Below are positions 22,950-32,418 of a DNA stretch of 44,126 bases, one piece after another. Below the pieces are notes generated by a model that made no database searches, was not told where the DNA came from, and saw only the letters and a program-made list of their open reading frames with translations. This stretch comes from Candidatus Saccharibacteria bacterium RIFCSPHIGHO2_12_FULL_49_19 (GTDB lineage: Bacteria > Patescibacteriota > Saccharimonadia > Saccharimonadales > UBA10212): positions 1 through 44,126 of the forward strand of contig MGCX01000043.1 in NCBI GenBank assembly GCA_001788565.1. The letters are read 5' to 3'. Every line of letters starts with the position of its first letter. The first letter of the stretch is position 1. The position numbers and the translations under genes were made by a program.

Positions 22950-24272
22950 CTAACCTCTAGTTTCGTTATCAATAAACCAGAACTTGATCGGAGTACCGGC
23001 AAATGGCCACTTCTGGCGGAAACTACGCTCCAAATATCTGCGGTAGCTAAAGTGTAGCAGCTTCGTATCTTTACCAAAGATTTTGAAACTGGGCATGGTC
23101 TGGTCATCTTCCTGTGTCATGTAGTTTAATTTCGGCTGGCGGTTTCTCAATCCTGCCGGCGGGTGGATATTTACAGCATCTGACAGCCACTTATTAAGTT
23201 CAGGGGTTGAAATCTTAGCTGACCGGGTTTTGCTAATATCTAAGATTAATTCGAACAGTTTCGTTACATTTAGACCGTTTAGCGCGCTCACAAATACGAG
23301 TGGCGCCCAAGGTGCAAAGGCAAAATCAGCAACGACTTGGGCCGATAGGCTCACTTTATCAAGGTCGTGACTTTCGCTTAGGTCCCATTTATTGACGACG
23401 ATTATTAGCCCTTTTCCGGCATCCTTGATCATCTGGGCGATTTTCTGGTCCAGCTGCACACTAGGCTCTTGAGCGTCCATCACCAGCAGGCAGACCTGCG
23501 ACTGTTCGATAGCGGCTAAAGAACGTAACACACTGAATTGTTCGGCCCCTTGGGTCACCCTGCCACTGCGGCGGATCCCAGCTGTATCAAGAAATTCAAG
23601 AGTTCGGTCATGATACTTCACACTCAAGCGATTAATATCACGGGTGGTTCCCGCTCGCGGTGACACAATGGCCTGCTGCTTTTTGCCTAGAGCATTAAAA
23701 AGCAATGATTTACCGACGTTTGGACGACCAAGTATCGCCGCAGAAGTAACGTCAGTCGGGTCTTTGATAATTGCTTTAGGTAGCTGAGCGGCAGTTTCAG
23801 CCACTAGTTCGTCCAGTCCTTTTTTTTGAGTTGCGCTGGTGGCGAAAATGATTCTTAGACCTAGCTTGGACCACTCGTTTGCCGCCTTGCGCTTCTTAGC
23901 CTCAGATTTGTTGACCACCAATATGACAGGCTTCTTGGTTTTAAGGGCCAGTCTAGCCACCGATCGATCATCATGATTTGTACCTCCGCCAGCCTCGACT
24001 ACTACCCAGATCAGCGACGCAGCTTCAGCGGCTTGTGAGATCTGATCCTGGATAGTCATTTCGAATTCATCGGCTGCCGGCTTGACGCCCGCCGTATCAA
24101 CCAGCCAGAAGTCTTTACCGCCATAGGAAACTTTTGCCGTGACACTATCTCTTGTAGTACCGGCTTCTCTGGCCACGACAGCCTCACGCCGTCCCAGAAC
24201 GGCGTTATATAGACTGGATTTACCAACGTTAGCCCTCCCGACGATAGCAACTATGGGAGCTGATTGATTCAT
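22950..24272 (-). CDS. der: ribosome-associated GTPase Der/EngA
   Basis: Two G domains (GRANVGKSS...DTAG...NKSE and GRPNVGKSL...DTAG...NKWD) plus a KH-like C-terminus. ATG 24272 is preferred because the track start 24320 lies inside the upstream terminator. Confidence 0.92.
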   Translation of the reverse strand: MNQSAPIVAIVGRANVGKSSLYNAVLGRREAVVAREAGTTRDSVTAKVSYGGKDFWLVDTAGVKPAADEFEMTIQDQISQAAEAASLIWVVVEAGGGTNHDDRSVARLALKTKKPVILVVNKSEAKKRKAANEWSKLGLRIIFATSATQKKGLDELVAETAAQLPKAIIKDPTDVTSAAILGRPNVGKSLLFNALGKKQQAIVSPRAGTTRDINRLSVKYHDRTLEFLDTAGIRRSGRVTQGAEQFSVLRSLAAIEQSQVCLLVMDAQEPSVQLDQKIAQMIKDAGKGLIIVVNKWDLSESHDLDKVSLSAQVVADFAFAPWAPLVFVSALNGLNVTKLFELILDISKTRSAKISTPELNKWLSDAVNIHPPAGLRNRQPKLNYMTQEDDQTMPSFKIFGKDTKLLHFSYRRYLERSFRQKWPFAGTPIKFWFIDNETRG

Positions 24273-24303
24273 AACTTGCCGTATTATAGCGTGCCAGTCA
24301 ACT

Positions 24304-24339
24304 ACTAAAAACCCGCACAAAGGCGTTCTTGGTGCGGGT
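24304..24339 (-). terminator. rho-independent terminator after the response regulator gene
   Basis: The minus strand reads ACCCGCAC, 13-nt loop, GTGCGGGT, followed by TTTTTAGTAGTT. Confidence 0.65.
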
Positions 24340-24361
24340 TGTTAGCTGAAGGTTAAGTTCA

Positions 24362-25099
24362 TTATGCACCAGTGGGTGCAGCTGGCCGATCGCCAGAGGG
24401 TGGTGCGTCTGTTGGCGACGCGGGTGGTTCGGCCGGGGGTTCGGAAACCGGGGCATCACTGCCAGAGCCGGCATCGCCGGCATCAGGTGCCGGAGCCGGT
24501 GAACTCGAAGCAAAATCACCTATCTGTTGATCAACATTCTTTTTTTCTTCGTCGGTGCTCATCTGACCGCTGTCTGGCGCTCCGCTATCGGAGCCAACAA
24601 CTGGATTAGCTGACGCGTCTGTGTCGTCAGCTGGCGCACCTGGTGCTGGTTGGTTAGTTGCTGATGTATCTTCTGGTGGCATGGACTTCTCGCTTTCTTG
24701 CTTGTTAGTTGTTGAAGACCGTTCTTCTTTACCTGGTGGTAAAATCCCGCGGACGACCCTGGCAAAATCTTCCAAAGTGACTTGGGACTTCACTAAATAC
24801 TTTATCACGCCTAGCTTCTCACCGCGAGCCTGATCTTCAGCTTGGCCAAGCGCCGTCATCATTATAACCTTTATATCCCGCATCTCGGGTGCCGCCCTAA
24901 GGGTTTCAAGCATTTCAAAGCCGGAGAGTTTTGGCATCATAACGTCGGCGACTATCAAGTCGGGTTTCTCTTTCATGGCTGTCGCTAAGGCATCTTCACC
25001 ATCGCTGGCCGTGACCGTTTGATAGCCTTCAGCCTGCAGACGCATCTCAAAAATCTCGCGAAGATTATTGTCGTCTTCAACTAATAGAATCTTTGCCAT
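24362..25099 (-). CDS. response regulator: receiver domain plus low-complexity acidic Pro/Ala/Ser tail, no recognisable output domain
   Basis: REC motifs LLVEDD, DLIVADVMMP, MMTA and KYLVK. The last ~120 aa are P/A/S/D/G-rich. Confidence 0.85.
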   Translation of the reverse strand: MAKILLVEDDNNLREIFEMRLQAEGYQTVTASDGEDALATAMKEKPDLIVADVMMPKLSGFEMLETLRAAPEMRDIKVIMMTALGQAEDQARGEKLGVIKYLVKSQVTLEDFARVVRGILPPGKEERSSTTNKQESEKSMPPEDTSATNQPAPGAPADDTDASANPVVGSDSGAPDSGQMSTDEEKKNVDQQIGDFASSSPAPAPDAGDAGSGSDAPVSEPPAEPPASPTDAPPSGDRPAAPTGA

Positions 25100-25169
25100 C
25101 AGAGTCTATGCTCCCGCCTATTTATTAATGCTTATGCTATGGCAACATTGTAACATGATTTATCACGAT

Positions 25170-26516
25170 CTAAAGTTGATGAGTCGGCTCTAAAGGACTT
25201 ATTTGCGAGGCCTGTCGCTTCTGGATTTCCAGCGCCTTGGCGGCAGTTAAGCGCGGGAGGTTAATAAAAAAGGTACTCCCCTTACCCAGTTGGCTTTCTA
25301 CCCAGATGCGGCCATTGTTCATCTCGATAATCTGCTTACAGATGTATAGACCCAGACCAGTGCCGCCGACGGTCCGGGTCATCGAGCTGTCAACTCGGTA
25401 AAACTTCTGGAACAGGTGCGGTATATCTTCTGATGAGATCCCAGCCCCGGTATCTTGTATCTGAATTTGGACAACTGTGCTGTCGCCGGTTAGGCGCACA
25501 GTAATTGTCCCCTCGGATGTGTACTTAATGGCGTTATCTATCAGATTTTGTAGTACCTCGCGCAGGCGGTTGGGGTCAATATAGATGTAGTAGAGTGGCC
25601 TCATAACCTGTCCGCTAGCCCTTTGCTGATCATGGCTGACGATGTAGCGCATACCCAGTTCTTTTTCTTTAGCTTTTAAGCGCCCAGCGTCGGCTACTTG
25701 CTCGACGATTTCTCCAGCCTCCACGACTACCGGGTAGTTAGCCAGCCGGCCATCCTCCGCCTTGGAGCTGGTTAGCAAGTCGGCAAAAAGTATCCCCAAT
25801 TGCTTAGTGGCATCACTTGCCTTCTGTAGGTATTTGCGGGCGTTAGGGTCAATCTTGGCGACTTTTTCGTTTAGCGCTAAAGCTAGATAGCCCTCGATTG
25901 CGGCAATTGGCGTTCGCATCTCGTGACTGGCAGTACTAATGAATTCAGATCTTTTAGCTTCGTCCTCCCTTTCTTTGATGGTGTCGGCAAAAACACCGAC
26001 CACACTACTTACTGTTTGGCTGGAAGGATCGAGTATCGGTGAAACTATAAGCGATATAGGTACGCGCTTACCGCTGCGGGTTGCCAGCCAGAGATTGCTG
26101 TCCCTAACACTTTGTTTAGTCTGCAGTGCTTTAGTGAAGGGGTTCGCCTCAGTGGGCAGCTGTTGACCTCCCTCATTGAGCAGTTGCAAGACATTAGCGA
26201 CATTCAACCCAATGGCTTCGTCGGCTGGCCAGCCGGTTATTTTGCTGGCGGCCGGATTAAACAAGTGCAGGACGTTATCCTTACCGACCATTACCACACC
26301 GTTCTGGATAGCACCCAGCACAAAACTGGAGCTGAGCTTCTGATCTTGGATGACATTGTCGCTGACTGCTAACCCGGCAAACTGGGCCATTCGTCCAAGG
26401 CCCCTCCTCTTTCTGTAGCGCCAAAAAAGCACTGCCGAAAAAGTAATTATCACTGCCAGTAAAACAGCGGCGACTACCGAGATTTCCGCAAGCGTCAGGT
26501 CGTAGCTTTTCTGCAT
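25170..26516 (-). CDS. sensor histidine kinase (TM, PAS, HisKA, HATPase_c)
   Basis: H-box SHEMRTP, N-box NLIDNAIKY, and G-boxes DTGAGI and GGTGLGL. Confidence 0.88.
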   Translation of the reverse strand: MQKSYDLTLAEISVVAAVLLAVIITFSAVLFWRYRKRRGLGRMAQFAGLAVSDNVIQDQKLSSSFVLGAIQNGVVMVGKDNVLHLFNPAASKITGWPADEAIGLNVANVLQLLNEGGQQLPTEANPFTKALQTKQSVRDSNLWLATRSGKRVPISLIVSPILDPSSQTVSSVVGVFADTIKEREDEAKRSEFISTASHEMRTPIAAIEGYLALALNEKVAKIDPNARKYLQKASDATKQLGILFADLLTSSKAEDGRLANYPVVVEAGEIVEQVADAGRLKAKEKELGMRYIVSHDQQRASGQVMRPLYYIYIDPNRLREVLQNLIDNAIKYTSEGTITVRLTGDSTVVQIQIQDTGAGISSEDIPHLFQKFYRVDSSMTRTVGGTGLGLYICKQIIEMNNGRIWVESQLGKGSTFFINLPRLTAAKALEIQKRQASQISPLEPTHQL

Positions 26517-26628
26517 CAGGATCCAGTCATCTGTATGTGATAATGCTTATCATTATCTGAGCTAAACTGTTTTTTTTCAATCAGCAGTTGGTTATGCTAT
26601 GCTTTTCCCGCAGATCAAACACCTCTAA

Positions 26629-26703
26629 GGTCCCATCGTCTAGTGGTTAGGACACCAGGTTCTCATCCTGGCAACAGGGGTTCGACTCCCCTTGGGATCA
26701 CCA
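26629..26703 (+). tRNA. tRNA-Glu (anticodon CTC), CCA encoded
   Basis: Cloverleaf folded by hand. Acceptor GGTCCCA/TGGGATC, anticodon stem CCAGG/CCTGG, loop TTCTCAT, T-arm GGGG-TTCGACT-CCCC. Confidence 0.93.
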
Positions 26704-26712
26704 GGTGTTTTT

Positions 26713-27909
26713 TTATGGGGCGTAGCTAACCCGGCCGGCATCTTGTGCCAAAGTAACCCAGGCTTGGCCGGCGTTCAGCTTTAGAGGGGCTCCAGCGCTA
26801 TCTGTAAACACAAACTGACTGTCTCGCCCGGCCTTACTCCAGCTGCCAGAGATTACTCCGCCGTCTTGGAATGCCAGCAAACCCCCACCAGTGACACCAT
26901 AGACGCTGTACTTACCGCTGATTGAGTAGGTCGTGATAAGTACGATTACTACCTTGGGCGTAAGCTGTTGGTTGGGGCTGCCATTCTCGGCGCCGGTCGA
27001 GATATGGGGCTGGCCTCCTTGGCTGCGGCTGTAGCTATTGGTAGCCGGGTCGTAATCATAGTGAGAGTTATAGGGTGCGCTGGATATCTTCACGTCAATT
27101 ACCCGGGCGGTTGGTGTAGCCAGCTTAGCCTCATCCTTGCGCGGCCACGGAGTGAACTGACTGTTTGTGTAACCCTTCTTCTGGTTGAGTTCATCCAACC
27201 TGTCAAAGCTGGTGTAAACGTTATGTGGAGAGCGTCGGCTGGATACCCGCCAGTAGCTTCCGGAATTAAAGAACTGATCAAGATCCCGGCCTCCGCTACG
27301 GATTTGATTCAAAGCATCAGGACTGCCGCCAATGTGGGCAACCGATGCCGCGAAAGCTGAGGCAAAGTCAATATAATAAGGTCTCAAAGAACGGACCGGT
27401 CCGACATAGGCCGGTCTGGCTTCCTGGAATAAGGCTATGAAACGTGTTATCCCCCCTTCGGCAATAGCTTCAAAGACAACGCCGGCCTCATGTAGAGCTG
27501 ATTGTGGACGGGCGTCCTGACTATTTTCAATCATTATCCCGGTGACTGGCCTTTTAGCCTGTTCAGGGTCAACCTGTATGCCGGTTAAGGGTGACGCCAC
27601 GGTAGTTGGCTTGGGTGGTGTCGAGCGGGTGAACTCTATAGAGGGGTCGGAGTGGGGCTGATTAAGGAAGAAAATGCCTATAGAAATAGCCCCAAAAACC
27701 AACAAGACTAGAGCGATGATTCCAAACCGCAGGTTTCGGTTTAGCCCATTCCACCAGTTAGTGAATTTTTGCAGGATCCCGGGCTTCTTCAGTTTCTTGA
27801 TTATTGGCGCACCAAAGGCTGTCGCCAGTTCCTGTTCAGTTGCTGGGGGTTTGCGGTTAGTCGTTTTTTTGTTTAACCGGTTAGGAAACCGGAAATCGCT
27901 TGAGTTCAA
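26713..27909 (-). CDS. DUF3048 (YerB-like) domain protein, membrane anchored
   Basis: N-terminal TM. GIMIENSQDARPQSALHEAGVVFEAIAEGGITRFIALF is characteristic of DUF3048. TTG start. Confidence 0.7.
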   Translation of the reverse strand: MNSSDFRFPNRLNKKTTNRKPPATEQELATAFGAPIIKKLKKPGILQKFTNWWNGLNRNLRFGIIALVLLVFGAISIGIFFLNQPHSDPSIEFTRSTPPKPTTVASPLTGIQVDPEQAKRPVTGIMIENSQDARPQSALHEAGVVFEAIAEGGITRFIALFQEARPAYVGPVRSLRPYYIDFASAFAASVAHIGGSPDALNQIRSGGRDLDQFFNSGSYWRVSSRRSPHNVYTSFDRLDELNQKKGYTNSQFTPWPRKDEAKLATPTARVIDVKISSAPYNSHYDYDPATNSYSRSQGGQPHISTGAENGSPNQQLTPKVVIVLITTYSISGKYSVYGVTGGGLLAFQDGGVISGSWSKAGRDSQFVFTDSAGAPLKLNAGQAWVTLAQDAGRVSYAP

Positions 27910-28099
27910 ACTATATCCTCAGTCTGTTAAGTGAAAGATATGCAGGCGAGTAACCTGTGTTTGTTATTGTGAGAAAGTGTATCTGTAAGATACATTGACG
28001 AGCAAAACATAGACAGGGTGCCGCCTGGATAGTTTGAAGCTGGAGTGAGGGTATAGGTTGAGCTCTTAGCATCGCCGACTATTGTACCAGTTGTGGTGT

Positions 28100-29536
28100 T
28101 TATTTTTCTAGTAACACTATTGCTTTATCAATCCTTTGCAGGCACTTGTCCTTCCCCAGTAGGTTCACGGTGTCAGCTAGTCCGGGGCTAGCTGGCGCCC
28201 AAGTAGTGGCGATTCGGATTAGACTAAACAGAACAGCTGGCCTCTGGCTGGTTTGCTCCAGCAAAGAGTTCAGAGTGGAATTCAGATGATCTAATGAAAA
28301 GTCGCTGGACTCTATAGCACCGCGGCTTTTGACCAGCAGCTCTCTTAGAAGCGGTTTCTCAAGCTTTCCGAGAACCTTATCACTATTGATCAGCTCAATA
28401 TCGGCGGGTAAGTCCTCAAAGAAAAAGTTGGTCAGTTTGGGGATCTCAGCTAGGTATTTTAACCTCTCCTGCACCAGTGCTAAAATCCGTTTTTTGTACT
28501 CATCAGGGGAGTCTTTGGCTGGCGGCGGCCAGAAGTCCTTCGATAGCTCATGGAGCGTATCAATCGGCTTGTGCCGGATGTAATGACCGTTCATCCAAAT
28601 CAGCCGCTGTTCGTCAAAGCGTGCCCCGCTACGCTGGACCTGATTTAGCCGAAATTTTTGTATCAGCTCATCACGGCTGTATATTTCCTGGTCGGTACCA
28701 TCATTCCAACCGAGTAAGGCAATAAAATTCACTAATGCATCTGGCAAAAAACCGTCCCGGACATAGTCCAGAACGTCTTTAGCCCCATCACGCTTCGATA
28801 GTTTTTTGTTACCGCCCGGCCCTAAAATATGCGGCACTGTTGCCATTTTTGGTCTGTCCAACTCCAGGGCTTCGTAAAGATTAAGGTAGTTAGGCACGCT
28901 GGCAAGAAATTCTTGCCCGCGAACTATATGTGAAATTTCCATCTCGGCATCGTCAATTATGTGAGAGAAGTTATACGTAGGAAAACCATCAGACTTTATC
29001 AGAATAAAGTCATCAACTACCTCTGGACCAGTTGACAAATCACCCATGACCTCATCATGCCAAGTGTAGGGCTTGGGGTCAGATTTAAGACGTAGGGGTT
29101 GTGACCCGTCCCACTGTGGCGGCCTGGTTGGACGATGCTCGCGATATAAAAACGGTTTTTTGGCTGCCTTAGCGACTTCGCGTAACTGATCCAAATCTTC
29201 CTCGGAAGTCGGGTCAGCGTAGGCTCGGCCCTTCTCAATTAGTTTCTGAGCCCATTTTCTGTAGCTTTCTAGTCTCTCGCTCTGTCTGTAGGGGCCGTAT
29301 GTACCACCGACGTCAGGTCCTTCGTCAAAATCCAAACCAAGCGCTCTCAAGCTTTGCATTAAGTGCTCATCAGCTCCGGGTACTTCTCTTTTTTTGTCCG
29401 TATCTTCCAGCCTGAGAATAAATTGACCCTTGTTCTGGCGGGATAACAACCAGCAAAATAGGGCTGTTCTTATTCCGCCGACGTGTAGGTAGCCGGTGGG
29501 ACTGGGAGCGAACCTTGTTCTAACTTTGTAGGGCAT
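28100..29536 (-). CDS. gltX: glutamate--tRNA ligase
   Basis: RFAPSPTGYLHVGG (HIGH) and KLSKR (KMSKS). ATG 29536 is preferred over the track start TTG 29548. Confidence 0.93.
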   Translation of the reverse strand: MPYKVRTRFAPSPTGYLHVGGIRTALFCWLLSRQNKGQFILRLEDTDKKREVPGADEHLMQSLRALGLDFDEGPDVGGTYGPYRQSERLESYRKWAQKLIEKGRAYADPTSEEDLDQLREVAKAAKKPFLYREHRPTRPPQWDGSQPLRLKSDPKPYTWHDEVMGDLSTGPEVVDDFILIKSDGFPTYNFSHIIDDAEMEISHIVRGQEFLASVPNYLNLYEALELDRPKMATVPHILGPGGNKKLSKRDGAKDVLDYVRDGFLPDALVNFIALLGWNDGTDQEIYSRDELIQKFRLNQVQRSGARFDEQRLIWMNGHYIRHKPIDTLHELSKDFWPPPAKDSPDEYKKRILALVQERLKYLAEIPKLTNFFFEDLPADIELINSDKVLGKLEKPLLRELLVKSRGAIESSDFSLDHLNSTLNSLLEQTSQRPAVLFSLIRIATTWAPASPGLADTVNLLGKDKCLQRIDKAIVLLEK

Positions 29537-29612
29537 TACTAGTAACAAGTATATATTCTGAAACGCAATCTAAAAAACCACCTTTGAGGCGGCTGTCAAT
29601 TTATTGGATTTC

Positions 29613-30713
29613 CTAGAGGCTTTCGGCTATTTTGATTAATTGATCAGATGTGAGGTTCGCTTGGTCCTTAATGGTGTACCAGGTGCCATTGTTTATCCAG
29701 GTGGCATCGCTGCCTTCACCGTAAAAGTAGACCGTGCTTCCCTTGACTGCTGAAGTTTGGTAGGGCTGTTTAGCTGGCTCAAGATAGTTGGAGACCAATG
29801 ACGCGCTGTCCCAGTCGGTCCTTTTTTGAACTACGGCGTAACTACGGCTTGGATCGGCATTGGACCTAAAGTTCATGGTCACAGTATTGTCGTTAAACTG
29901 CAGTGGTCCCTCAAAGCTAAACCCCGATGGGCTATAACTTGGCACACTGGCATTGACATCAGAACCTATAGAGGCAACCCGAACGGCCAGCTGGGGCATG
30001 CTCTGCCAGGCAAACAGACCGGTTGTGACTAAAACTACCAGCACGGCAGCCGAGACGGCCGCCCAACTCGGGACTCTCTTGACTCGTCGCCAGCCGCTAT
30101 AAGCGCCTTGGCGGTTCTGCAGAGCCAATTTGTGCGCTTTAGCATTTGTCAGAGCTAGATCTAAAAGACGTTCCAGCTGGTGATGTGAAGCGCTGGTAAC
30201 CATGCTCGGCATAGTATGGACCGCACTCGATGCCACGGTAGCCTTGGCGGGTTGGCGTTTTAGACTATGTGTCTTGGGCACAGGTTTTTTCTCAACGGGC
30301 TTAGTGGTATTAAAAATCCCAAAACGGCTAACCCGCTCGTCTTTAGCGACTGAATTAGCACGGGTTAGGCGTGAGGTATTTACAGCAGCGGTGCTACGAT
30401 TCACTTTTGGAGGTTCAGGGTGAGGATTTTTATGGCCTGGAGGCCGTCTGACTAGATTCCTCATCAGTGTTCGCGAGCGCTGCGCCCCTTGATGCACGTG
30501 CTGGGCAGGACTTCCCTTCTTGGCAGAACTGTTATCGCCGGGTGAATCCTTGCTAGCGCTAAAGTGGTAAGCTGGTACCCGGACAAATCCGTCGATAGTT
30601 TGATAAGGTTTTACCGCTTTTTCGGCTAGTTTTTTTACTGATACAATTAACTGCCCGGTTATTGCGTCGTACTGATGACCGTTTATCTCTATGACCTGGG
30701 CGTTTTTTGCCAC
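29613..30713 (-). CDS. hypothetical single-pass membrane protein
   Basis: 366-aa ORF with a basic, low-complexity N-terminal half, a TM (AAVSAAVLVVLVTTGLFAW) and a ~130-aa extracytoplasmic C-domain. GTG start. Confidence 0.5.
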   Translation of the reverse strand: MAKNAQVIEINGHQYDAITGQLIVSVKKLAEKAVKPYQTIDGFVRVPAYHFSASKDSPGDNSSAKKGSPAQHVHQGAQRSRTLMRNLVRRPPGHKNPHPEPPKVNRSTAAVNTSRLTRANSVAKDERVSRFGIFNTTKPVEKKPVPKTHSLKRQPAKATVASSAVHTMPSMVTSASHHQLERLLDLALTNAKAHKLALQNRQGAYSGWRRVKRVPSWAAVSAAVLVVLVTTGLFAWQSMPQLAVRVASIGSDVNASVPSYSPSGFSFEGPLQFNDNTVTMNFRSNADPSRSYAVVQKRTDWDSASLVSNYLEPAKQPYQTSAVKGSTVYFYGEGSDATWINNGTWYTIKDQANLTSDQLIKIAESL

Positions 30714-30924
30714 TTATACCAGTCCAAATTTAATATACGCTGACCATAGTACACCCTGTAGCTTATGCTTGCAAGGGCTCTTCTACCCCTGTGTGGATAA
30801 GCGGCTGCACAGAGGTGAGGGTCAGCCTAGTCTCAGCTACTTGAGCAATCCTATTAATATGTGCGAGAATACCACAGGCAGGAAGCACTAAGCTTTAAAT
30901 AAAGATCCCCATTACATCTACAAC

Positions 30925-32418
30925 ATGGATTTTCTAGATCCGCGTAAACGACGCGCCCACCGCAACAGACTAATGATTGGCTATGTCTTGGTGGCATTAG
31001 CGGTAGGCTTGGGCACAATCATTTTGGTTTACGATGCTTATGGCTATGGAGTGAATACCAAAACCGGCGATATCATCCAAAACGGGCTACTGTTCGTAGA
31101 CTCTAAGCCGGGGGGCGCCCGGATCTATCTGGATGGTAAATACCAGGATGCGGATACCTCCTCCAGACTAATTCTGCCGGCTAGGACCTATCAGCTTAGT
31201 CTGAAAAAAGAAGGCTATCATGACTGGGTTCGTAATTTTACCCTTAGTGAACACTCTATATCCCGATACGTCTATCCCCTGCTGCTGCCCTCTGAGCCTA
31301 AGCCGCAGCTTCTAAAAAAGTACACTACGTCACCGGGATTGATGACCCAAACGCTGGACCGGCGTTTACTACTCGTACAAGCACCCCGCCCTCAACCCGG
31401 CGACTTCGTTTTTGAGGAGTTCGATCTTGGTGATCCTCAAAAAGAGCCAATCGTCAGAACTCTCTCGGCTGGTTTGTTAACTAATGCCAGCCAAGGCGGT
31501 GACAGCCTGACTGAAGTAGAATGGTCAACCGACAACCGTCACGCACTGCTGCGCCATGACTACAAAGGCGGCTTCGAGTTTATTATTTTTGACCGCCAGG
31601 ACCCGGCCTCGTCAGTGAACATTAACCGCTTGTTTAAACTCACTCCATCTCAAGTAGCACTGCGCAATAAACGCGTTGACCAGGTATACATTTACGGATC
31701 GGCTGGCGGTACCCTGCAGGTCGGTAATACAGGGGATGGCCAACTAGCGCAGCCCTTTCTGCGCAATGTCATCACTTTTAAGTCGCATGGTACCACTTTG
31801 TTGACATATGTGACAGCCGAAACTGCTCCAGCCGGCCAAGTTGATGCCCGAATCTGGGATAATGGGCAGACTTATCAATTAAATCAGTTTCCAGTTGGGT
31901 CCAGCTACCTCTTGGATGCTGCTCAGTTTCAAGGTCATTGGTATTATGTCGCGGCCAGCAATACTACTGAACGCATCGGAGTATATAAGGACCCGCTCAG
32001 CAGCCTAAAAGACCCGGCTAACAAAAGAGCCAGTCCGATTGTTGCACTTCGTATCACTGGCGGCGAAAAGGTCACTTTCTCAGCTAATACCCGTTTTATA
32101 GGCGTGCAAGCGGGCTCAAAATTCGCTGTCTATGATCTAGAAGTTAAAAACAGCTTTAGCTATAGCTTGGATCCAGTACCGACTGGTACTTTGCGATGGA
32201 TAGACGGTCACCGCTGGGTGGGCTTGTCTGGAGGCAGCGTAACTATTTCCGATTACGACGGCATCAACAGCCATAACTTGGTACCAAGTACTTCAGTAGG
32301 CGGAGCCTTCTTTGATCGTGATTACGAGATCTTTGTCAGCACTGCGCCGCCTGATAGCTCAGGAGCAGTTAATCTGCAGGTAACCGATCTGCGTGCCGGG
32401 TCTGACCTGCCCCGCTAA
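30925..32418 (+). CDS. PEGA domain-containing membrane-anchored protein
   Basis: N-terminal TM, a PEGA motif region (LFVDSKPGGARIYLDGKY...YQLSLKKEGYHDW) and a large beta-rich C-terminal part. Confidence 0.7.
   Translation: MDFLDPRKRRAHRNRLMIGYVLVALAVGLGTIILVYDAYGYGVNTKTGDIIQNGLLFVDSKPGGARIYLDGKYQDADTSSRLILPARTYQLSLKKEGYHDWVRNFTLSEHSISRYVYPLLLPSEPKPQLLKKYTTSPGLMTQTLDRRLLLVQAPRPQPGDFVFEEFDLGDPQKEPIVRTLSAGLLTNASQGGDSLTEVEWSTDNRHALLRHDYKGGFEFIIFDRQDPASSVNINRLFKLTPSQVALRNKRVDQVYIYGSAGGTLQVGNTGDGQLAQPFLRNVITFKSHGTTLLTYVTAETAPAGQVDARIWDNGQTYQLNQFPVGSSYLLDAAQFQGHWYYVAASNTTERIGVYKDPLSSLKDPANKRASPIVALRITGGEKVTFSANTRFIGVQAGSKFAVYDLEVKNSFSYSLDPVPTGTLRWIDGHRWVGLSGGSVTISDYDGINSHNLVPSTSVGGAFFDRDYEIFVSTAPPDSSGAVNLQVTDLRAGSDLPR

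Noticed and set aside
24273-24320. The extended der start at 24320 (MCGFLVVDWHAIIRQV...).
   Set aside because: The extension would be translated through the rho-independent terminator of the upstream gene. ATG 24272 gives the canonical short N-terminus before the first P-loop and has a TATAAT box 10 nt upstream.
26629-29536. tRNA-Glu lying 1.4 kb from gltX, as a possible functional pairing.
   Set aside because: They are on opposite strands, separated by an unrelated DUF3048 gene, and no shared regulatory element was seen. This is most likely coincidence.
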